IMG/VR virus record: IMGVR_UViG_3300037067_027683
Coordinates: 38,385-102,384 of that record
Source of the DNA: a virus
Lineage: Duplodnaviria > Caudoviricetes
DNA: 64,000 nt
Reading direction: 5' to 3' (one strand)
Positions 51,700 to 59,043 of the stretch are shown here, piece after piece (position 1 is the first letter of the stretch; every line of letters begins with the position of its first letter). A program made the position numbers and the translations under genes. Below the pieces are notes generated by a model that saw only the letters and a list, made by a program, of their open reading frames with translations, was not told where the DNA came from and did no database searches.

Positions 51700-51972
51700 A
51701 TGTATTTTAATCATATGATTGCTTTTTGCGTTCGTTGTAATAAACTAGCTTATTGGGACGGTGGAAAGGGTAAGAAACTTTCCAGACGTAGATGTTCTAA
51801 ATGTTTTGGGATGCTCACTGGTACTATTCCGCCTGGGAATTATTCCGGTACTAGGTCAATTGATGTAGCCAGAGCAACTGCATTGAGAAGACTGCAATCA
51901 CGAGTTAATGTTGTTGATCAGCCACAATTAACTGCTCCAGTTGAGCTTGGCGACAGAAATTTGATTCTTTAA
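51700..51972 (+). CDS. Zn-ribbon protein ending LGDRNLIL
   Basis: CVRC..CSKC. Confidence 0.65.
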   Translation: MYFNHMIAFCVRCNKLAYWDGGKGKKLSRRRCSKCFGMLTGTIPPGNYSGTRSIDVARATALRRLQSRVNVVDQPQLTAPVELGDRNLIL

Positions 51973-52016
51973 CAAATTTAGTATATAACAGTGGGTCTAA
52001 CAAAAAGGAGAAACCC

Positions 52017-52520
52017 ATGATGCGACGTAATTTCCTGTGTTTGGCGGTAGTAGGTCTGTTGATGATTCCATTTGGTTGTGGAGAGAAGCCATTGACTCCA
52101 GAGCAGATTACGAAGATCTGTAATGAGTCTGGTCAGATTTCTGCTCTTGCCTGGGTTGCTGCAGCCAAGCCTACACCAGATCAGGTGAAGGCTGTCAAAT
52201 TTGTCCTTGATGATATTGCCAAGAATTTGAAGGAATACCAGCAGGGTGGTTTTATTGCTGCTCTTCCAGGTATTGAGGAAGGGATTAAGAAAGCTTTTCC
52301 TGGTGAGGATGAGAGGAATATTGCTCTTCGTAAAATTGCCTCGACTTTAGCGAAGAATATGTTGGAAGGATTGGATAATTTGTTTGCTCAACATCCTGAT
52401 TGGAAGAATAAGGGTGCTGAAGTTGCTGGTTACGTTGCTGCTTATGCTTCTGGTGGATCTGCGGCTTTAGATGATTTCGTGGTGAAGGAGACTGCGAAGC
52501 TTGCTAAGGAAAAGAAGTAG
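52017..52520 (+). CDS. putative lipoprotein
   Basis: MMRR, hydrophobic h-region, FGC lipobox-like site; AAGGAG RBS. Confidence 0.75.
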   Translation: MMRRNFLCLAVVGLLMIPFGCGEKPLTPEQITKICNESGQISALAWVAAAKPTPDQVKAVKFVLDDIAKNLKEYQQGGFIAALPGIEEGIKKAFPGEDERNIALRKIASTLAKNMLEGLDNLFAQHPDWKNKGAEVAGYVAAYASGGSAALDDFVVKETAKLAKEKK

Positions 52521-52577
52521 TATTTGATGTCTTGGGCGGAATAAGGTGTGATCCCTTATTCCGCCCAAGGAATAGAT

Positions 52578-53000
52578 ATGAGTCTAATTCAAGCTTCAAG
52601 TATTCCAAGAGAAATACTTGGTAACATAATACCAGTCGATGATCCAGCTTTTCTAGATGAATTTGCTATTCCTAGGGCAGTTGTTTATGCTAATATACCT
52701 GTTCTTGATAGTTTTCAAGGAATTCCACAAAGTCCTGGCGAGCATGTGGTGGACTCAGCTTTAACTTCAAATGTGATTTCACAAATTTTGAATTATATTC
52801 GTGATGAATTGAATTGGAATTATTTGTACGTAATTGGTCGTCTCCCTAATAGATTAGATCCGAATAGTTTCACAGTTGAGCGTAGGTATTTCGCAAGAGG
52901 ATTATGTGTTCCATCTGACATAATATGTGGTGTGCGACCATCAGAAATAGAAACAGTTAGAGACATACCTGTTCTTGGTGATCGTACTTTGGAGCTTTAG
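52578..53000 (+). CDS. hypothetical protein carrying the capsid-like LDPNSFT motif, ending VLGDRTLEL
   Basis: ORF 52548-53000; ATG 52578 follows AAGGA. Confidence 0.65.
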   Translation: MSLIQASSIPREILGNIIPVDDPAFLDEFAIPRAVVYANIPVLDSFQGIPQSPGEHVVDSALTSNVISQILNYIRDELNWNYLYVIGRLPNRLDPNSFTVERRYFARGLCVPSDIICGVRPSEIETVRDIPVLGDRTLEL

Positions 53001-53073
53001 CGGGCATAGTTTAGTGGTAGAATGCAACCCTCCCAAGGTTGAGATACGAGTTCGATTCTCGTTACCCGCACCA
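53000..53073 (+). tRNA. tRNA-Gly(CCC)
   Basis: cloverleaf, one acceptor mismatch, A73, CCA. Confidence 0.85.
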
Positions 53074-53085
53074 TAGGAGTTGATC

Positions 53086-53685
53086 ATGGATGAGTTGGGG
53101 TCACGTACCTTGGTGTTGGGTGAGGAGGTTAAGTATGTAGTGGGTGTTGATCTAGCACCAGTTACGGACAATCGCAATGATTATTCTGCTGTGTTCATGT
53201 CTGGCAGACGAATTGGCAAATCCACCACAATGTTAAACGCGTTGTCTGCGGAAGTAGAATCACAGAATCGATCTATTCCTACTCCTAGCTTTACAAGACA
53301 GACATTACGAGAAGGTTTCGAAATACTTAACCGTGATCCTGTTGTTAGGCAAACACTTCAAGATAACGCAGTTAGACAGATGCAGCAAGAGGAAGATGAA
53401 GCGATTATTAGGGATATTTCTTTGGTTTCTACTCCGACAGATCCAACTACTCGAATTATGGAATCAACACCTAGATCAACACCGGCACCGAGATTATTTG
53501 ATACTGAACCAATTAGATTTCGTGATCGTGGAGTTCTAGAAACTGGATATTTCTACGCTTCATATTTTCCACTTCAAACTACTCCGACAGTGTCAATACC
53601 AGACACTATGGAGAAATTAAGAGGGAAATTAGTTTATCGCTATACTTATGTTCTTGGTGATCGTGCTTTAGATATGGGGGATTAG
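53086..53685 (+). CDS. mosaic protein of terminase and major capsid motifs
   Basis: AGGAG RBS; segments align to TerL and capsid proteins encoded in this window. Confidence 0.75.
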   Translation: MDELGSRTLVLGEEVKYVVGVDLAPVTDNRNDYSAVFMSGRRIGKSTTMLNALSAEVESQNRSIPTPSFTRQTLREGFEILNRDPVVRQTLQDNAVRQMQQEEDEAIIRDISLVSTPTDPTTRIMESTPRSTPAPRLFDTEPIRFRDRGVLETGYFYASYFPLQTTPTVSIPDTMEKLRGKLVYRYTYVLGDRALDMGD

Positions 53686-53751
53686 CTCATTCAGGAGAGC
53701 GCCTGCTTTGCATGCAGGAGGTGATCGGAGCGAAGCCGATATCCTCCACCA
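53676..53751 (+). tRNA. tRNA-Ala(TGC)
   Basis: G3:U70, T-loop AGCGAAG, CCA. Confidence 0.9.
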
Positions 53752-53757
53752 TTTTGT

Positions 53758-53828
53758 GGGCCTGTCGTACAATAGGAGTACGCCTCTTTCGCACGGAGGT
53801 AATCAGGGTGCAATTCCCTGCGGGTCCA
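53758..53828 (+). tRNA. tRNA-Ala(CGC)
   Basis: G3:U70, no encoded CCA. Confidence 0.85.
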
Positions 53829-53849
53829 TTAGTTAAGTCTTTGGAATAT

Positions 53850-53923
53850 AGGGGTATAGTGTAGTAGGAGCACGACCGTCTCCAAAGCGGTCAGCGAGGG
53901 TGCAAATCCTTCTACCCCTGCCA
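53850..53923 (+). tRNA. tRNA-Trp(CCA)
   Basis: cloverleaf, G73, CCA. Confidence 0.9.
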
Positions 53924-53926
53924 ACA

Positions 53927-54172
53927 TTATTTGCCATCACTGCCAAATCTGTTGACGAGCCAAGTGTATGAGGCAATACAAAGCTTCTTTCGGAGTGTGT
54001 GCACTGCTTGTGTTGTGACACCGATCTTCTTGGCTAAGTCTTTATCGTACATTGTTCCAAGTAATGGGATGTATTGTTCGTCAATAAAATTACAACCCCA
54101 TTTTTTCTTGAGCCATCGTTTCATTCCTTTACTCATTTTCTTTCTATGCTTGTCTGTTGGATGCCATGCCAT
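53927..54172 (-). CDS. small HTH DNA-binding protein
   Basis: LLGTMYDKDLAKKIGVTTQAV..LRKKL. Confidence 0.65.
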   Translation of the reverse strand: MAWHPTDKHRKKMSKGMKRWLKKKWGCNFIDEQYIPLLGTMYDKDLAKKIGVTTQAVHTLRKKLCIASYTWLVNRFGSDGK

Positions 54173-54182
54173 ACCGATATTT

Positions 54183-54216
54183 AGTGCCGGGGCTGGACGG
54201 TTAGGCGCACGCCTGA
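54183..54216 (+). tRNA. 5' half of a split tRNA (Cys or Phe)
   Basis: AGTGCCG acceptor strand, D-arm, CACGC anticodon strand; pairs with 55178-55219. Confidence 0.8.
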
Positions 54217-54217
54217 G

Positions 54218-54289
54218 ATCCGGGTTCTCTGGAGAGGGAGGTCAGCTGCAACCTGATCTATGAGGGTTCGATTCCCTCCTCGGATTCCA
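54218..54289 (+). tRNA. tRNA-Cys(GCA) nested inside the split tRNA
   Basis: ATCCGGG/CTCGGAT acceptor, loop CT-GCA-AC, U73, CCA. Confidence 0.8.
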
Positions 54290-54338
54290 ATAATATGGTT
54301 CGAGTCAAAAATAATATGAACCTTGTTAGGAGAATACA

Positions 54339-55187
54339 ATGAAACGTGGACTAATTTGGCAAATTCCAAAAGATGAATTTCAGACTTTGGTTAGTAGGAG
54401 TAAGACGCTTATAGAAATAGTTAGATTCCTTGGGTATAGAAATATGGGTGGTGGTTATAGAATGTTGAAAAAGAGGCTAATCGAAGATAATATAAATTTT
54501 TCGCATATTTCATTGGGTTTATGCGCTAATAAAGGGAAAAGTTATAAGAAATTTAAGCCAATTTCGCATGAAAAACTTTTTTGTAAAGGTAGTTTATATC
54601 CTAGTTCTACAATTCGCAGGTATGTAGCTCGCGATAAATTGATTGAATATAAATGTAAATTATGCGGTCTCGGTCCTGAATGGAATGGAAAACCATTGAC
54701 TTTGATCCTTGATCATATAAATGGCGATAATACAGACAATAGATTAGAAAATTTAAGATTTATATGCCCAAATTGCGATATGCAAACTGATACTCATGGT
54801 GGGAGAAATATTGATTGGTCAAAATCACCATTTACCAAAAGAATGAAAACCAAATCTTTATTTGATATTCAAAACCAAATCTCAAGGTGTCCTCCCAAGG
54901 ATATATTAGAAAAAATAGTTTGGGAAAAACCAACAACCCATATTGCGAAGGATTTTGGGGTGACTGATAAAGCTGTGACTAAATGGTGTAGGAAGTATGA
55001 TATTAAGAAACCAGAACCAGGATATTGGGCAAAAATGAAACCTATTAAAGCTGGAACAGTTATTACTGAACATGGAAAACAATTTCGCGTTCTTACTGAT
55101 ACAACTGCACATGGGTGCCCGATGGTTGAAGAAATTGAGACTGGTCGGAGATTTATTAAAACGATATATCAACACATCAAAGCGTGA
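54339..55187 (+). CDS. HNH homing endonuclease with C-terminal HTH and an appended 45-aa module
   Basis: C..CG..W.GK.L.LILDHINGD..DNRLENLRFICPNC. Confidence 0.92.
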   Translation: MKRGLIWQIPKDEFQTLVSRSKTLIEIVRFLGYRNMGGGYRMLKKRLIEDNINFSHISLGLCANKGKSYKKFKPISHEKLFCKGSLYPSSTIRRYVARDKLIEYKCKLCGLGPEWNGKPLTLILDHINGDNTDNRLENLRFICPNCDMQTDTHGGRNIDWSKSPFTKRMKTKSLFDIQNQISRCPPKDILEKIVWEKPTTHIAKDFGVTDKAVTKWCRKYDIKKPEPGYWAKMKPIKAGTVITEHGKQFRVLTDTTAHGCPMVEEIETGRRFIKTIYQHIKA

Positions 55188-55219
55188 CCAAGTGGGTTCG
55201 ACTCCCACCGGTACTTCCA
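55178..55219 (+). tRNA. 3' half of the split tRNA
   Basis: GCGTG anticodon strand, GTGGG-TTCGACT-CCCAC T-arm, CGGTACT-T-CCA. Confidence 0.8.
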
Positions 55220-55260
55220 AGTTTGCCGGTTTTAATCCGGCTGGCCCGTAAGGGCCATCG

Positions 55261-55343
55261 TCCAGAGGGCAGATGCGGGTTCGAATCCCGTTGCAGACCT
55301 TTTGTGTCTGTGTAGCTTAATGGCAGAGCGGCCTTCCTTCCAG
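55261..55343 (+). other. circularly permuted tRNA (3' half, TTTTGT linker, 5' half) flanked by TCCAG repeats
   Basis: TGCAGAC pairs with GTCTGTG; AGGGC pairs with GCCTT. Confidence 0.65.
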
Positions 55344-55414
55344 GGGTGATGTAGTTAGATGCATACTAGTCTGAAAAGCTGGAAGCGACGGTGCAAGTCC
55401 GTCCCCCTGGGCCA
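55340..55414 (+). tRNA. tRNA-Phe(GAA)
   Basis: cloverleaf, loop CT-GAA-AA, CCA. Confidence 0.85.
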
Positions 55415-55419
55415 TTTTT

Positions 55420-55496
55420 GCCGCCATAGCTCAGCTAAGTAGAGCAGGGCTTTTGTAAAGCTCAGGTCGGGGGTGCAAATCCCTCTGGTGGCTCCA
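55420..55496 (+). tRNA. tRNA-Thr(TGT)
   Basis: cloverleaf, CCA. Confidence 0.92.
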
Positions 55497-55500
55497 AAAT

Positions 55501-55601
55501 TGCGGGTGGCAATAAGGGCTGGTTGTCCCAAAACATCGGGACTTGCTCTGGCGAGGCTCATAACCTTTGCAACAGGTGTTCGATTCACCTACCCGCTACC
55601 A
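55501..55601 (+). tRNA. tRNA-Met(CAT), initiator-like, with enlarged D-arm
   Basis: 1:72 mismatch, CT-CAT-AA loop, extra GTCCC/GGGAC hairpin in the D-loop, CCA. Confidence 0.7.
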
Positions 55602-55618
55602 ATATTAGGAGGCAAAAT

Positions 55619-55906
55619 ATGGCGTATGGAATGTTTGGAATGCCATCTGCAGAAGTCAAATTGACTAAACATTTTACAGATAAGGATGGTCTTTCTATCT
55701 CGATTCAATCGAGCGAAAAAGGATGGGTAATATATTGGGCCGATCATTCTAATAGTAGTAAGTCAAATGAAACAACATCAGAATTAAACATGGAAGAAGC
55801 TGTTGCGTACCTCAAGCAAAATATTGCCGCCATAGCTCAGCCAGCAGAGCGGCTCTTTCGTAAAGAGCAGGTCGAAGGTGCGAATCCTTCTGGTGGCTCC
55901 AGCTGA
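55619..55906 (+). CDS. hypothetical protein whose 3' end reads through tRNA-Thr(CGT)
   Basis: AGGAGG RBS before ATG 55619. Confidence 0.6.
   Translation: MAYGMFGMPSAEVKLTKHFTDKDGLSISIQSSEKGWVIYWADHSNSSKSNETTSELNMEEAVAYLKQNIAAIAQPAERLFRKEQVEGANPSGGSS
55826..55901 (+). tRNA. tRNA-Thr(CGT)
   Basis: cloverleaf, CCA. Confidence 0.9.
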
Positions 55907-55907
55907 T

Positions 55908-55982
55908 GTGGGTGTGACTCAGTGGTAGAGTGCGACCTTGCCAAGGTCGATGTCGAGGGTTCGATCCCCTTCACCCACTCCA
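55908..55982 (+). tRNA. tRNA-Gly(GCC)
   Basis: cloverleaf, U73, CCA. Confidence 0.95.
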
Positions 55983-56003
55983 TTTTTGAGTATTTTAATT
56001 AAT

Positions 56004-56261
56004 ATGGAAGATAAGAAGAAAGAACATAAATTGAGTCACGCAAAACTCTATAAAGTAGAATATGCGATTTGTACACATGATGATGAGAGATATAGTCTAA
56101 CGTTATATGTCTGTGCCGCAGATGATTTATATAAATGCTGTGTAATTGACTCTATCGAGAAAGCCTTGATGCGTACACATAAGTCCGCAATTGTGACCAG
56201 TTGTGAATATGCCGATAAATGCCCACAACCAAATGATGTTAGGTTTATTCTTTCGAAGTAA
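56004..56261 (+). CDS. hypothetical protein
   Basis: ORF filling the gap between tRNAs. Confidence 0.55.
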   Translation: MEDKKKEHKLSHAKLYKVEYAICTHDDERYSLTLYVCAADDLYKCCVIDSIEKALMRTHKSAIVTSCEYADKCPQPNDVRFILSK

Positions 56262-56273
56262 ACCAAAAATTTT

Positions 56274-56350
56274 GCGGACGTGGCGGAATGGCAGACGCGC
56301 CACGCTTAGGACGTGGTTTTTTGAGGGTCCGACTCCCTCCGTCCGCACCA
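56274..56350 (+). tRNA. tRNA-Leu(TAG) with variable arm reduced to T6
   Basis: Leu-type D-arm, A73, CCA. Confidence 0.85.
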
Positions 56351-56373
56351 ATCTAAAATAATACAAGAACTGA

Positions 56374-56994
56374 GTGAGGATGGAGGAAAGTATGGGTACC
56401 TTGACTTTACCTGTTTTGGTTTTAAACAAGAATTGGGTGCCAATTCGTGTCACTACAGTGATGGACGCGATTACTAAGTTATTCGAAGGTAGAGCCAAAG
56501 CAATTGACGCGAATAACTACCAAGTCTATGATTTTGATTCTTGGTCAGAACTTGCTGCCGTCGAAAATTTACCATATATTGTTACGGCTAGAAATCCGAT
56601 TAGGGTCCCAGATGTGATTGTACTTATTAAGTATGGCGAAATTCCTGAGAAAAAGCTCACTTTCTCTAGGGCTAACATCTATAGGCGTGATAAGTATACT
56701 TGTCAGTATTGTGGTGATCGTCCTGGTACTGAGGAGTTAACTATCGACCATATTGTCGCTAAGTCCAGGGGTGGCAAGACTTCTTGGACTAATTGTGTTG
56801 TGTCATGTATTTCCTGCAACAGGAGGAAAGCTGATAGGACTATGGCCGATGTTGGCTTGAAGTTGAGGAGTCAGCCTGTTAAACCTACTTGGAGTCCTAG
56901 GTTGGTTCTGCAGAAAGTTAGAAACACTCCTAAGAATTGGGATAAGTTTGTTTCTGATGCTTACTGGCACACTGAGTTAGAGCATGATGATTAG
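56374..56994 (+). CDS. HNH endonuclease (McrA-like VLVLN family)
   Basis: VLVLN..W.P, FSRANIY.RD.YTCQYCG, LTIDHI..SRGG.TSWTNCV.SC..CN. Confidence 0.92.
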   Translation: MRMEESMGTLTLPVLVLNKNWVPIRVTTVMDAITKLFEGRAKAIDANNYQVYDFDSWSELAAVENLPYIVTARNPIRVPDVIVLIKYGEIPEKKLTFSRANIYRRDKYTCQYCGDRPGTEELTIDHIVAKSRGGKTSWTNCVVSCISCNRRKADRTMADVGLKLRSQPVKPTWSPRLVLQKVRNTPKNWDKFVSDAYWHTELEHDD

Positions 56995-57488
56995 GCGACA
57001 ACGACATCGTCCATAATCAGACTGAACATGTTCTCAACTTCGATTAAGTATCTATTGAAGTTGGCTATGTCTCCAGCGTTGGTGAGTTGTATGTCTCCAA
57101 CTGTGAATCCTGGAGTGATGGTGAGTAAATCAGTCTTGCCTGTGGCTACTGTCGCGAAGTGATAAGTGTGTCCATCATTCATTGTAAGAATAAAATCCAT
57201 TCTCGCAACCATGTCAGTGATATGTTTTTGTACTGCTGGTCGTGGGCCATTTTCATTGTATTCGAAATTTGGGATTCCAGCATGTTGTATTGCTATGATT
57301 AAAGCCTCCCAGAATGGATAATCTCTGTCTTCGTAGAACCAAGAAACTTGACGGGTGCTCTCTAAGCCTTCCGTCTGGTTCTCACTCCAGGATATATCAC
57401 TCTCAAGTTGCGAATGGAAGCTTGATGTGGTATTGTCGTTGAAGGTGACCAGGCCACTGAGCTTGGCTACCAATGAAGTTATGCGCAT
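56991..57488 (-). CDS. hypothetical late-expressed protein
   Basis: AGGAGG RBS and CAAATTTA motif upstream on the minus strand. Confidence 0.7.
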   Translation of the reverse strand: MRITSLVAKLSGLVTFNDNTTSSFHSQLESDISWSENQTEGLESTRQVSWFYEDRDYPFWEALIIAIQHAGIPNFEYNENGPRPAVQKHITDMVARMDFILTMNDGHTYHFATVATGKTDLLTITPGFTVGDIQLTNAGDIANFNRYLIEVENMFSLIMDDVVVA

Positions 57489-57542
57489 GATTTTCCTCCT
57501 ATGATAAATTTGATCTTCCTGCATAAATAATTAAAATAGGAG

Positions 57543-58517
57543 ATGAGTATGAATCTAAATAAAACAACTGTGCTTGTTACTGGTGGGCATGGATTCCTAG
57601 GAGGAGCATTGGTACGGAGATTAAATGATGCTGGGGCAATATTGGAATTAACAAGTACTAAAAAGGGTCATGATTTAAGAGATAGAGATATTTGTCGTAA
57701 GATTATTAATGAAATTGAACCACAAATTATTGTCCATTTGGCCGCAGTAGTTGGTGGTATTGGTGCTAATCAGAATAATCCTGGTAAGTTCTTTTATGAT
57801 AATATGGCTATGGGTCTAAATATGATAGATGAGGCGCATAAATGCCCATCAGTAGAGAAGTTTGTTCAAGTTGGTTCGATTTGTGCTTATCCGAAGTTTA
57901 CACCTATTCCATTTATGGAAGAGAATTTATGGAATGGATATCCAGAGGAGACTAATGCTCCATATGGGATTGCTAAGAAGGCGTTATTGGTGATGCTACA
58001 AGGTTATCGACAACAATATGATTTCAATGGAATTTATTTATTGCCAGTTAATATGTATGGTCCAAATGACAATTTTGATCTAGATAGTAGTCATGTTATT
58101 CCAGCTTTAATTCGTAAATTTATGGACGCAGTTAAGCATAATATGGATGAGGTAGTGTGTTGGGGAACTGGTGAGGCAAGTAGGGAATTTTTATATAGAG
58201 ACGATTGTGCTGATGCTATTGTTCTTGCTATTGAGAAATATGATGCACCAGAACCTATTAATATTGGTACTGGTTGTGAGATTAAGATTAAAGATTTGGC
58301 CATGTTGATTGCTGAATTATGTGATTTTAAAGGTAAGATTGTATGGGATCATTCAAAACCAGATGGTCAACCCAGACGATGTTTGGATGTGTCACGTGCC
58401 GCTGAAAGGTTGGGTTTCAAGGCTAAGTGGGATTTGCGTAGGGGTTTGGAATATACGATTAATTGGTATAAGCAGACTTTGTTTGTTGATCAGGAGAATG
58501 ATGCAAAGATACATTAG
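57543..58517 (+). CDS. fcl: GDP-L-fucose synthase
   Basis: VTGGHGFLG, HLAAVVGGIGAN, GSICAYP, EETNAPYGIAKK, SHVIPALI, WGTG..SREFLY, KPDGQPRR. Confidence 0.95.
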   Translation: MSMNLNKTTVLVTGGHGFLGGALVRRLNDAGAILELTSTKKGHDLRDRDICRKIINEIEPQIIVHLAAVVGGIGANQNNPGKFFYDNMAMGLNMIDEAHKCPSVEKFVQVGSICAYPKFTPIPFMEENLWNGYPEETNAPYGIAKKALLVMLQGYRQQYDFNGIYLLPVNMYGPNDNFDLDSSHVIPALIRKFMDAVKHNMDEVVCWGTGEASREFLYRDDCADAIVLAIEKYDAPEPINIGTGCEIKIKDLAMLIAELCDFKGKIVWDHSKPDGQPRRCLDVSRAAERLGFKAKWDLRRGLEYTINWYKQTLFVDQENDAKIH

Positions 58518-58519
58518 AC

Positions 58520-58813
58520 ATGGTGTTAATCAGATCATGTTGTTACCGTCGTGAGCGCCTTTTTGATCTTAGGCGAAAGGCGCATCAAGTTTTTGATCAA
58601 TTTTGGTGTTCTAAGGTCATAACTCGTCGTCAGGCTTATCGTTGGTTGGCTGCTATGATGAACTTAAGAAGATGTGATTGTCATGTGCGTTTCTTTAATT
58701 CGCGACAATGTTATCAGGTGATCGAGTTGTGTAGGCGGTCATCGATTTCTGATGTTTCTAATTGGGTTGCTTCGCATCGGATACTTTACAGCGTTGGTTC
58801 TGATGATAGATAA
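58520..58813 (+). CDS. DUF3268-like protein (C-terminal part)
   Basis: LRRKAH..FD..W..R..AY.WLA..M....CH...F...QC. Confidence 0.65.
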   Translation: MVLIRSCCYRRERLFDLRRKAHQVFDQFWCSKVITRRQAYRWLAAMMNLRRCDCHVRFFNSRQCYQVIELCRRSSISDVSNWVASHRILYSVGSDDR

Positions 58814-58829
58814 GGTCGAGGCAAAGTTA

Positions 58830-59030
58830 GGTTGGAGAAGATGAAGTCATGGGTATGTTAGTCGTCAGGATACAGTTAAGTTCACAGGTGAGCGATAAAG
58901 AATCGCTCATTAAGCGGCATATGTTGCTGCGTGAACAAACTGAACCTGACTCGTAACGCCACCCAACAAGTCAGGTTTTCCCGAACGGGGTGGCGACGAA
59001 AGTTTCCACCCCGTTCTTGTTTTCGGGAAT
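58830..59030 (+). ncRNA. putative structured ncRNA
   Basis: nested complementary segments, CAAAGTTA upstream, GC-rich terminal hairpin. Confidence 0.55.
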
Positions 59031-59043
59031 TTGATAAGGAGAT

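Noticed and set aside
54217-55177. Group I intron in the split tRNA
   Set aside because: No recognisable catalytic core; the insert is fully accounted for by a tRNA, a hairpin and an ORF. Not tested with covariance models.
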